Assembly: GCF_964355755.1 (NCBI RefSeq) | Contig: NC_092673.1 | Coordinates: 16,154,948-16,218,947 of the forward strand | Direction: 5' to 3' | Length of the DNA stretch: 64,000 nucleotides | DNA from: Antedon mediterranea | Taxonomy: Eukaryota; Animalia; Echinodermata | Shown here: piece after piece, positions 39,901-52,600 of the stretch | Position numbering within the stretch: the first letter of the stretch is position 1 | How the letters are laid out: each line of letters opens with the position of its first letter | The notes under the pieces: model-generated | The model's input: the letters and a program-made list of their open reading frames with translations, nothing else | Databases searched by the model: none | What the model was told of the DNA's origin: nothing | Position numbers and translations under genes: made by a program

Positions 39901-40351
39901 TTATCATACCATCTTTATACTGTATTGTTTTAATAGCAGGGCTTTTTTGGATCTTATATTCGTATTATAGTCTATAGGCCCTACCTAGCTAACTAGGCCA
40001 GGTCTAAGTAAAGTATCTAGGCTAGGCCTACTACTAGCTAGGGCCTCCTAGGCCTACTAGCCGGTCTAGGCTTTAGCCATCTACGTACTATACTACTACT
40101 TGGCCTAGGAGCGCTTTTTCCGTTTCGCACCTGTCTTTTATTTCAACTCCAAATGTGTTAAGGAACTTTATACTGAATACCACACCTTAGAATTAGGCCT
40201 CATAAGTACTTTTACGATGGAGAATCACAGAAAAAGTAACAAATATTAGGCCTAAATCCTTTAAATTGATGAATTTACAGACGTGTTTCTTGCACACAGT
40301 TTGTGAATTTCGCATACTCCATGTTCAATATTGATGTTTCTCATCTCTCTC

Positions 40352-42107
40352 GGGTGTGTAGAAAGCGACGACCTCGAATTGGACGACCCCAACGACCCGG
40401 GCGACCTCGAATTGAACGACCCATAACACGAAACCGACGACCCCTATATAGCCTAGCCTAGCCTAGGCCTAAGTGTGGTATAACATCCCGAAGCCGAACA
40501 TAGCCAAAGATCTTTAAACTATACCTTATTATATAATACTCGCAAGCAAGCAATTGATTGAAAAAATACAGAAATATCGCCATTTGATACTGATTGTGTC
40601 GACACGAACAAACGAAAAGATATGGAACGCCAAGAGTGCATCATTAAAACTGCATTCGACATATTAAAAATAAATTAAAAAGAAATAAATATTATACAAT
40701 ACATGGTTAAACCATGGACGTATAATTACATCTCGTCTTCTTATAACGAACACTATAGGCCTACCAAGCAGCGTAACATGTGCATGGGGGGATATGACCG
40801 GTTGGGCCGCCGACAAGTTGAGCCGCCGGTAATTTCTATGAAACGGCCAGTGCGTCTTTTACGACATTTCGCGTAGTGATAGAGTGGTGTCCTAGTAGGC
40901 CCTACATAAGTTCATGGTCTTTAGGTTTATTGTGTCATGAAAATAAATAATAATTACATACTACAATTTTGTTGGTTTGAAACAGCAAAGGAAAGTAGTC
41001 ATATTTAATAATTTAATTGTTTTTAATCTTTCAAGGTAAAAATGCAGTGCACTCCATAATATTTTTCTCGCGTGTATGCCTACCACGTAAAATCACGTTG
41101 TCTCTCAGGACTAATAGAGTATTGATATTCTTCGAATGAGGTTAAATAATTATTATTTTTTATTTACTATCTTTTAATATCATATTTTATTGAATTTTAC
41201 AATGTTAATACACAAAATATTTTTCTAAAAAACGGTGATTTTATGCAATTATTTTACTTCAACTGCCGCCTGAGGGGGCAACATGTTTACGTCATTTTTG
41301 GCTAAAAACGATCATTTTCGGTCATGTTTTAGGCCTTATATTTTGGAATCTACAAGTCAGATATTCATAATTATTTCTCTTTAATTATAATATTTAATAA
41401 TATATACTAAAAACCGTGATATATAAACTTTGGAATATACATCGTTATATCTAATAATTAATATAAATAGAACTTCTATTAAATAGAAACGAGCACCGGC
41501 GAAAGTAAGCATTTGGCGTTTCATAGAAAATAACGTTTTTCTGGCGGCGCGTTCTTAGAACAGCTGTCGCCTCAACTTGTCGGCGGCTCAACTTGGCCTA
41601 ATCCTGCATGGGGAGGGCCATAAGAAAGCTTTACATTTCACACATGCATTGTATACGGTCAAACCATGGAGGTATAAAAATATGTTTATACCTCCATGGT
41701 CAAACCATGGAGCTGGTCAAACCTTACCCGCCGCTGAAAAAGGGGCCTGGTTTGCCATGTTTATGATATTTCGTGTGCTAATCGAGTCGAATGCAGTTTT
41801 AATGATGCACTCTTGGCGTTCCATATCTGTTTGTTTGTTCGTGTCGACACATTCAGTATCAAATGGCGATATTTCTGTATTTTTTCAATCAATTGCTTGC
41901 TTGCGAGTATTATATAAGGTATGGTTTAAAGATCTTTGGTTATGTTCGGCTTCGGGATGTTATACCATACTTAGGCCTAGGCTAGGCTAGGCTATTATAG
42001 GGGTCGTCGGTTTCGTGTTATGGGTCGTCCAATTCTAGGTCGTCCAATTCGAGGTCGCCCGGGTCGTTGGGGTCGTCCAATTCGAGGTCGTCGCTTTCTA
42101 CACACCC
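40352..42107. mobile_element. Long-TIR non-autonomous DNA transposon (MULE-like; arms ~300 bp)
   Basis: GGGTGTGTAGAAAGCGACGACCTCGAATTGGACGACCC... is the near-perfect reverse complement of ~41790-42107; no clean TSD seen. Confidence 0.8.
40790..41604. mobile_element. Nested MULE-like non-autonomous element
   Basis: Termini GGAT..GCCGCCGACAAGTTGAG / CTCAACTTGTCGGCGGC..ATCC; 9-bp TSD TGCATGGGG / TGCATGGGA. Confidence 0.72.
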
Positions 42108-42109
42108 CA

Positions 42110-42339
42110 TCTCATATCATAGCCTATTTCACCCACTGCTGTGTTAAGGCCTCCTCCAGCTGGTTCCATTTAGTTCTGTTCCTTGCCAATCTTTCCCATG
42201 TTGCTGTTTCCATGTACGTTGTTATGTCGTCACGCCATCTTCTTTTTTGCCGTCCTCTTCTTCTTCTCCCTGTCCTCGGCTGCCATTCATTCAATCTCTT
42301 TGTCCATCTGTTGTTGATGATGTTTCTATGAAGCGCCAA
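42110..42339 (-). mobile_element. 3'-end fragment of an RTE-clade LINE
   Basis: RWTKRLNEWQPRTGRRRRGRQKRRWRDDI..WERLARNRTKW..EEALTQQW is a typical RTE ORF2 C-terminus, followed by a short ATGAG-type tail. Confidence 0.85.
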
Positions 42340-44686
42340 AAGAGCAACTATAATAGAGGGCTAAAAAGGCAGTGGAATGCGTATATTTAATGCATCTAGG
42401 CCTATTGGTGAAAATTACGTTCAATTTCAATATATTTTGTCAATGTTAATACAACTAAAATGTTACTGTTGATACTGTACATGGTTTTCGACAAATTCAT
42501 CACCATAAAATGTAGTGTAGGTTATATACCTAAATGATCTAAATCGCTGTTCCGCAACCAATGGGGCGCGACCCAAACAGAAAAAATATAATGGGTCGCG
42601 AAATTGTTTCCGATACTGAAACTTTTTTATCAATTATACACTGATCTATATGTGAAATGTTGTCAGTTTTATAGAATCTACAACACTGATTACATTTTAT
42701 CTACAGTTTTTGGCTTGGTTTGTAAGATCAAATACGCAATGTTGGGTCGCGAAAATTCCCAAAATAGGATCATGGGGTTGTGTATGCGAAATTCGCTAAT
42801 GTTGTGTAAGAAACACATCTGTAAAATCATCAATTTAAAGGATTACTTTAAAGGGTTACTTTTTATGTGATTATTCTTCATACAAGTACTTATGAGGCTC
42901 AATTCTAAGGTGTGGTATTCACAATAAGTTTGGAGTCGAAATTAAAACAGCTAGGGCCAGGCCTAACCTTCTATCTAGGCCTACTAATCTCTCTAGTCTC
43001 TTGTACTAGGCTAGACTAGTTATGGGTGTAATAGACGGTTGATCGGGATCACAGACAATCAGGCCCAGGCGATCGGGCAGCCCAATATTGTTGGAAGAAG
43101 ATTGATACAAGAGACGATCAGGCACAAAATAGAAATGTACGGGTCTAAATGACTCTCACAACTCAAACCAATAAACAATTTTTGTGCTACCGAAGCCATC
43201 TTGCAGAGATGACAAACAGTTGTGACCAACTGAGCGTAAAAATGGAGAATATAATTATATATCACAAGAATTAGTAATCTATAGAATAATAGAAATATGT
43301 AACAAAGCGTGGATGCCCGCCCTCATGAGGGCGGATGTATACAGACTAAAGAAGACTTGATTTGACAGATATTATGTCATATTAAATAGAATTATGATAA
43401 TATATATAAATTTGATTTCTTTTAATTTAATTTATATTGTTAAATGTTTATGTCTCGTCTTGTATTTTTATGAGGGTCCGTAATGGTCAGCTTCGGCTGG
43501 ATGGACCACCCTCATAAAATATTGTTGAAATAAAAATATAAAAACATATTTAATAAGAAACTAGTGTACATTCACTTCTACAGAAAATTATTAAATTAGT
43601 TCACAAAGAAAGACCGAACCACAATTAACAAACATATATTATCCAAATAACATTTAATATGATGTATTGTTAGCATGTAGTTGAACATTTGTTATCATAG
43701 AAACATTACCGGTGGTCCAGGCTTAGATTAGTTTAACCGTCACAAAAAGTTATATACATCCTGACTTATAGCGGCGCCCTACCACATGGACAATATTACA
43801 GACAGGGAAAACTGCGGATTACTCATTCTTCTGATATTCTTTAGTAAAACAAAAATAACATGCGTTTTTAGGGGATTTCAGGACACCATGTTAATTAAAG
43901 AATCGTACCTCCTGAATGGAGGATCGTATTTAAAACCGCACTATAAAGAGTGTCTGACCACCTGTTGAAATACATCCCATATGAATCAAAGAAGAATACA
44001 TTCTGGTCAAGAGGGCCACATAAGCATTAATGCTAAAGGTAAATCCAGGACGAGGTAGTTGATGACAATCACTATCATCAGGCCTAAATATTGGTTTAAG
44101 AGGATATCAGTCACCTTTAATTTTGTCCACAATCTATCTGCTATGCCATGCTTTTGATCATATTGAACTAGGGCTAGGCAGTGCCATTGTTAACCTACTC
44201 ACAGTTCATCCTCATTATCACTTTGGTAATAGTGTACAATGACAGAGTATTGACATATTTCATTTTATTATCACTCTGTGTAAATATAACCAAAATGGTA
44301 ATAGTACAGAGAGTTATAAACTGCTGTGTGTTCTATTTATTATCTTTGTTTAACATTAAAATACAATGTTAATATTAAATCTGTGGTAAAGATTATCTAT
44401 AAACAATTGTATAACAGGAACTCAATAATCAAAACAAACAAATCATTAATAACAATTTCTACCCTGGTTTTCTGTATAAATGTTAATGAACTTGTTATCA
44501 TATAAACTGTCCGACAAGAGCAATATGTAAAAAAATATATTTAGATTATAAAGATAATAAATGTTTGCTAAAGTATTCTGACTGTATATAGACCCTGAAC
44601 CAGACCAGATCAAATGTGAGATAACAAATTACCTATCAGAGGTCCCTGTAGCCCATTCAAATAAGACCAATTTTGACAAATATAGT

Positions 44687-44856
44687 CAGGGCCGTACACA
44701 GGATTTTATTTGGGTGGATGCGGATTAATATATTTTGGACCATTTTCATAATATTGAGTGAAGACGATAAGACCCTATAAAATGTGGACCTTTTGCAATT
44801 TGGGGGGGGGGGGGGGTGGGTTTGCGTCATCCCACCCCCCCTTGTGTACGACCCTG
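44687..44856. mobile_element. 170-bp MITE with 5-bp TSD
   Basis: CAGGGCCGTACACAGG / CTTGTGTACGACCCTG; ATAGT on both flanks; internal G/C runs. Confidence 0.75.
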
Positions 44857-45829
44857 ATAGTGACCCATGAAACCCAAAAAAAGAGAGCACATCAACCAGA
44901 TCTAACATGGGATACCACATAAGACTAAATTGAGGTATTGCGAATTTAACACCCACTTAGCGTATGTGGACTTGTATCAGAATGGATGACACAATTGCAG
45001 CAAATGCATAACTAACCAATTAGTTAATGATATGACTAGAAACCTACTTAAACAAATTAATTTCTAAAAAATAAAAGTTACAGTTATTTGGCTAAAAAAT
45101 ATAATTTGTTATAAACTAGAAATCTAGCTAGTCAACAGCAAAGTAAAAGATTAGGTCTCTTTAGAATACAGTGTGTGGTATTATGTTTGGACACAAGAAA
45201 ACCAAGTTTTTATGGAAAATCTTTATAGCCTAAATACTTCTGGGGAATCCACGCAAACTTCAGAAGTTTAGAAGAAAATAAAGTGCAAAGGCTTTGCCAC
45301 TATGGCTATGTCGAAAAAATGACATTTTCTTTAAAGCCATTTTATTTCTTAATTGTAGAAACAAACCCATTTTGAGTAAGAAATAGAAAAATGTGAAACT
45401 AGAGAAATAAAAGAGGATAAATTATGTTTTTTAATAATTTTTCTGTATAACATACTCAATTTTTGACAATTTCATAGCTAAAACAATTTTTATCAGAGAT
45501 TTTTCTTATGAAAAAAAGTAATTGTTCAGTAGGGGTTGATCAGGAATTGTGTTTCATTTCAGAATCCTTTTAGCCATGTTTGTTTTTGTACTTGAGAAAA
45601 ATGTTATGCAGATTGTCAACAAGCTTACATTGAGAAAAACAAGGGGCCTGATTATTATTATTAATGACCGTTGTGTGTTTGTGTTTGCCTGTTGCCCCTA
45701 GATACAGCCAAACAAATCCTATCAAAATCATTAATCGTCAGTTTAATATTAACTTTGTATTTAAACAAAAGATAAAGTAAAAATCATCTGATTGTTTGAA
45801 ACATGTATAAAGGATAGAAATGTTTGGTT

Positions 45830-46177
45830 ATTACTTTATGATCTATTTATTAATAGACTAAAATGCACTGCTTCCCAGCAGGGCTGTTAGTCAGGGTATT
45901 TGTGTGGGGTATTGTACTACCTTACTTTATGATCCATTTATTAATAGACTAAAATGCACTGCTTTCCCAGGGCTGTTAGACAGGGTATTTGTGTGGGGTA
46001 TGTACTACCTTACTTTATGATCCATTTATTAATAGACTAAAATGCACTTCTTCCCCAGGGCTGTTAGTCAGGGTATTTGTGTGGGGTATTGTACTACTTA
46101 CTTTATGATCCATTTATTAATAGACTAAAATGCACTGCTTCCCCAGGGCTGTTAGTCAGGGTATTTGTGTGGGGTAT
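45830..46177. repeat. ~90-bp unit, ~4 copies
   Basis: Unit TTACTTTATGATCCATTTATTAATAGACTAAAATGCACTGCTTCCCCAGGGCTGTTAGTCAGGGTATTTGTGTGGGGTATTGTACTAC. Confidence 0.95.
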
Positions 46178-48705
46178 AATACGGTAGTTTAGTTCTGTAG
46201 TCTATAATGCTTTATATTTCACATGACAGAAGATTGTAAAAATCTGTTGAATCAGTAAGTTTGTCTAACCTGCATAACATAATGCCACACTCATTTTGGT
46301 AGAAATACACCAGGATTAGATCCAGGATTTAGAGGGGAGGGCTAATAATAGACTGGGGAAAGAAGCCTAGGCCCCATGGTTCTAATCAAAATTTTAAAAT
46401 GTCGCCATGCTTTTATAAAGTCTCCCACCATTTAATTTTTCCGATTTCGGACCTCCACATACTAAAATGGCAGTGCGAAATAACACTTTTGGTTTTTAAT
46501 AATAAATGAACAATAAATGGTATCATTATTGAATAAAGAATTGTTTATCTCATATAAATATATTTAATTCAAAATAAAGTTCTGTTCTTATTATCCATTT
46601 TTTTTGTCCATAATTGTTATTTTAAAATATTTTGTATAAAGCTGGTAGATTGCTCACAATAAAATACAGACAGTAGTTTTTGTTTCATTATGCAAAATAT
46701 GATTTTTTTTAAATTAATGATTTATAATTAGGTGATACATTTAATATAGCTTCTAACTAATGCATTCTCCATACCAATTTATGATAAATAAAAAAATAAA
46801 ATGAATGTGATGTGAAGTAGGATTGGCCAGGATATCTTTTTTCCTTCTTGATATACATTATCAATAATATTATCACAACATAAAATGGCATAGTAGGCCT
46901 CTATTAACCAAACAGAGCCTCCTAATTAGCCTTAATATAAATTGTTTTTTATACCTAAACAATTCCTGGTAATCAAAATACACATACTATTCTGAAGCAC
47001 AAAATATTATTAGGAAATATATATTATTTAATCAGCAAAGCATCTATTATGAATTAAAAATATACATAGTTAGGCCTATGTGATGTTTTGTTCCAAAATC
47101 AATAAATCTTATAATGTACTAGCCCAAGCAAGTACTTCTGTACACTTTGCACATCAATAATTCACCGTCAAATATGCAATTACATTTTTAAAAATATAAG
47201 AAAACATTTAAATTATTTGTTGCTCCTAATCTATACTTTACATGGGTTAATGGAGATAATTTTGAAAAATGTTTGATCTGTATATCACATGACTTTTAAG
47301 TTTAACCCAATGTTGTAACTCTATATGGCTCTGGCTCCGCCCATAATGTCTCGCGTTCGTTTACATTGTCGAATAGGAATTATGATATCTTCCTAACACT
47401 ATCTTGTTTATATTATGTTTTCAAACGATAGATAGGTAAACAAGACTTATATTTTCTATTATATGCTAGCATGCAAGACTGATTAGGTGTGTGACGCACA
47501 GAAGCAGTGACAATTATGAACACCCTATAGTCAAGTAGCGTCTGTTGATGTAGAGCTGTTCAGTTGGACTGATTTACCAGTGGATGGATGATTGTTTCCA
47601 GGGTAGGGTACCAACAATTCTGTTGTTCAGATTCAGTTGTAGTGTGAGTTTTTATATTATTTATTTAATATTTCATTTGACTTACAGAATTGTGCTTTGT
47701 TTTATGACAATTACAGGAATAGCAATACTTTGTTTGGAAATGTTGGTTTATGGCAACCAGTTGCATCCATTGAAGTGTTTCTCAACTATTTTATTTTTAC
47801 AGCAAAAATTGCAATACAATAAAATTACAGATTTTAATTCGAAATTCAGAGGCTTAAAAGGTAATCTTGGTGAACACTACAAGGGTGATCACTATCTTTT
47901 GCTCAAATTCTGCCTATGTTATCACTTACCTTTCAGACTTCTCATTTAATAGCACATAAATTGTTCAATAAACTTGTGTTAAAATGTTAATATGAAGGTA
48001 CTAATGTCTGTTGTTGGAGAGTACAAAGGTCACAGAAGTTGCTGCTGAATATCTTGTAGTACTAAGTATATTTTGAACGAAACATGTCTGACATGAATAT
48101 AAAAAAAGGTGTATTAGCCTGATAGTACAGTGATACGCCCGTATTCTTAAACCAGACTTTAGTCGTAGTTTGAACTTTGACTTCAAAAAGTGTTAGTTCG
48201 AGCTACAGGCTCTAGACCCCTTGATTTCTATGCTACAATTTACCCGATAAATATAGGCATATTTTGAACTTTAAAGGTCACTTCTTTTTAAAATTGAAAA
48301 AATGGATTGACACAGTTATTGCGCATCACGCAGTATTTTATTTATGCATTATGAAAAATGAACAAAGTGGCTACCCTAAATCTGATTAAAATTGCCTCAA
48401 ATGACGCTAGAACGCGTTGCTTCCAGGGGCTTCGCCATCTGGACCCCCACCGGGGGCCCTTGGCGGCCCCTCCCTGACACCCAGCCTAGAGAGAGATTAA
48501 CCAAATTATTAACCAAATAACTGATACGTTTTTCTGATACTCACAATTGCCTAGAGGGATGTTTTTGCTGTTTTTTTAGGGTGTAAAGTATAGCGGCCAA
48601 ACTGAATGGCAGCCATTTGTTGTGTATTAATTAAAGAAAAGTCATAATTGCCGTTTGGGAAAATGAATCCACAAAACAATGTTTCCAGTTATTATGAAAA
48701 AATAA

Positions 48706-49535
48706 TAATCTTCATGTAGTAACACCAGCATACAGGGTCATCTTCATTCACTAACACCAGCATACAGGTCATCTTCATTCAGTAACACCAGCATACAGAT
48801 CATCTTCATTCAGTAACACCAGCATACAGGTCATCTTCATTCAGTAACACCAGCATACAAGTCATCTTCATGCAGTAACACCAGCATACAGGTCGTCTTC
48901 ATTCAGTAACGCCAGCATACAGGTCATCTTCATGTAGTAACGCCAGCATACAGGTCATCTTCATGCAGTAACACCAGCATACAGGTCATCTTCATTCAGT
49001 AACGCCAGCATACAGGTCATCTTCATCCAGTAACACCAGCATACAGGTCATTTTAATGCAGTAACACCAGCATACAGGCCATCTTCATGCAGTAACACCA
49101 GCATACAGGTCATCTTCATCCAGTAACACCAGCATACAGGTCATCTTCATCCAGTAACACCAGCATACAGGTCATCTTCATTCAGTAACACCAGCATACA
49201 GGAGTCATCTGCATGCAGTAACACCAGCATACATCTCATCTTCATTCAGTAACACCAGCATTTATACAGGTCATCTTCATTCAGTAATATGCAGGCATAC
49301 AGGTCATCTTCATTCAGTAACGCCAGCATACAGGTCATCTTCATTCAGTATCACCATACAGGTCATCTTCATGCAGACGTAACACCAGCATACAGGTCAT
49401 CTTTCATTCAGTAACACCAGCATACATGTCATCTTCATTCAGTAACGCCAGCATACAGGTCATCTTCATTCAGTAACACCAGCATACAGGAGTCATCTTC
49501 ATGCAGTAACACCAGCCTACAGGTCATCGTTCATT
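48706..49535. repeat. Tandem array, 31-bp unit, ~26 copies
   Basis: Unit CAGTAACACCAGCATACAGGTCATCTTCATT. Confidence 0.96.
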
Positions 49536-49670
49536 CATTTAATGCAAAGGTTTCTGTCTGATGGAATTATGTTTTACATTTCATATTTTCAGAAGAGAAT
49601 GTGAGGCTTACTTTTACACTAGAAGCTATCGGCATTAATAATTGTTAAATGAAGACACTGTATTTTTGCA

Positions 49671-52600
49671 ATGGAAAGGTACGTTTTTAACAATTATTTC
49701 AAACAAAAATAACCAGCTCCAATATGTGTTGATATTATTGAAATATGTAACTATTAAAAACAAATTAAAATGTTTGAATAGTTATATTGACATAAATATA
49801 TATATATAACATACTTTATGATCAGAATTTATAGTTCAAACAAAAAGAAAACACTTTGATTTTAAGATATTCTTTTGAGAAAAATACTTAAAACTTTCTT
49901 AAAAGATTATAAAATCCAAATTTATTTCTTTCTTTCTTTAAAAATTTTGAAATCATAAATATTACAATTAAAGGGCTCATTCTCATTAAATATAATAATA
50001 ATAATATTTCCATCAATCATCATTCTCATTAAATACACGGGTATAAATGGATTATTTCTTACATTTTGACAGGAAACATTTGGTAGAAGCTTTGTTAAGG
50101 AATGATTTGAAAACAATTAAACAAATCTGTAAGACGCAACCAGGTCTTCTGAAATCTATCAATGAGGTATAAAAACAGATATATTTTTATAATATTATCA
50201 AAGAAGAAATTCTTTTCATTAAAGTTTAAAATTATAGAGGATGTAATTTTATTTAATAGTTTAAAGCTTTTTTAGGGTCTGTTTCTGCTGAAAAAATGAA
50301 AATAATCGATTTTTTCCAGTCACCGCAAACCACAAAAATAATCGCGTTGCAATTGAAAATTGCTATGACTTTAATCGGTTATTCAGGTAATCGGTTTTTA
50401 AAATCACGTCATCATTCTCCCACAGCGCAGTTCAAGTTATGAAAGGCCAATGAGAGTTGGTTTGTTTACATCCTATCGCTGCCTAAAACTCTCACATGTA
50501 GGATTAAAAATTACTCTTACGTAAAGCTATATTGTTTGTAAAATAAACATCTAGGCCTACTACCGTACCACATACAACAGAATAATGATGTTATATTAAT
50601 AAGGACACGTCGGCAAAAAAAGTTCGTTTCGCCGTTCGTTGGTTCTACCTTCGGCCTGCTAGGCATATGCATTTCTACCGAAACAAGTCAACAGACAACA
50701 GGCCTAAAAAATGACATGTAAAACATCGTTAGCCTGGACTGGTGGTGGTATGTAACGGGTGTACTTGTAACACAGAATCCTGGGGTCATCCTGGAGTTTC
50801 TCGGTATAATTCTTCCCCACAAAATAATAAAAATCAAAATGTTTAACATTTGATTGTTATTCGGTCGCGATCGTGGTTTTGCTGATCGTCGTCGATATCG
50901 CGCAAATAAACAGCATGCTTTGTGACGTGAATAAGTTTGTCATACTCTAGAGGTCAAAGTGAGGTCAATTATCGCTATTTGTGTTGCAGCTCAAAACTGC
51001 TCCGCAATAATCGGTTAAAACAAGAAATAATCGATTAAAACACGCAATGGATTGAGTGTTTTTAATCGGTTATTTTTAATCGGTTATTTTATTTTGCGCT
51101 GTTTCTGCTGCCCAAAAATAATCGATTAAAAAAATAAACGGTTAATAATCGATTATTTCTGCTCAGCAGAAACAGGCCCTTACTTAATGAATTACAATTC
51201 TTTTGCATTATCACACTGATGATGGAAGCTTACCTCTATGTACTGATTATCCATATTAGGCTAAAAATAATCTATATATAAATTTACGTAAGGGCAAAAT
51301 TCGATAAATCTCTGTTTATTTCTAGAATTTTTACTCGATGGTATATAAAGTTGGTTCATACTTTCGGTACTCATTTTAACCATCTGATGTAACCCTGTTT
51401 ACTAATTAAATTGAGTTAGGTAATTAGTTATTGACGATTAAAACAAATTTAGGTTCAACGATTTGCCCCAAATAGGGGTGTTTTCCAATCGTGGTATACA
51501 CTGTCTAATGGATGTCCATCTTGAAAAATACCCGCCACAAAAATGCGAGGAGGCTTCGCATTTTCCTATCTCCTCCTCCGATAATTGTTTTTAATAGCTG
51601 AAAACTGGTTGAACAGCTAGAGTACAGCATCATAATGTTGAAGACAGGCCGATTTTCTTAAAAAATACTATTTTGATATATTTAATATACGATTATACAA
51701 ATGTATTGATTTGCGATGAATGGAACATCCCAATCTCACAGTCTGCCAGAGTTTGGTTTAACATAAGTAGGTAAAATTATGAGCCCTTGGTTTAACACAT
51801 ACAGTAGGTAAATATATGGGCCCTTTGAGAATAAACTTGCAATACTTTGACAATACTGTAATTGGTCCTCATTTGAATCGAACATTTCTTACTGTGAATG
51901 TCCGTACTGTTAGATGTAATATAAAAATATATACAAATAAACGTTATTACTGAGATTGTGGTGAGGCTCTACTGTTAGATATATAAACACATTATTATAT
52001 ATAAATAAACTTTATACTGACAGTTCCTTCTCAACGTTTGTATTAATTAATAATTACCAATAATATAAACGTCGTAGTGGTGTATCGTGACATGTACTTT
52101 AATATTTCAATCGATTATGACAGTGACAGTTTCAACAAAGTATTAAATCGCAAATGTTTTACTGTATTTAGAGGTATATTATTTATAGGCCTATAAAACA
52201 TGAACAACATATTTCGTTACTGAGTGGATAAAGAATATATTTAAAAATTGTTCCTCTTTGTACTTATCCGCTTTCCCATCCCTCAACCCTAATGTTACAT
52301 ACAAAACACAAATTGGGTTTCTTTAAATGAGTCCAAATCAAAAATTTGGACTCATTTTGTGATAAGTTTCTCCTTCGGAAGTAATTCCCAGGGTGCTAAT
52401 TTTAGTTGACTACATAAATCGTGTCTATTTATTCGTTTCTGTAAACGACAATGTATTGTAGTCCTGCGGTACGTACATTTGAAATGCCAGTTTTGTTACG
52501 CTGAAATTACTGTGTATTCGAGAACCATCTGTGAGCACGACCTAGATGGTACGCGAGCGAAGCGAGCGTACCATCTAGTAATATAAATACACACTGATGA

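Noticed and set aside
39867-49650. ATG in the 39801-39900 exon as the start of gene C
   Set aside because: Spliced to 49593 it reaches a TAA within about 20 codons; at most a uORF. The ankyrin frame starts at 49671.
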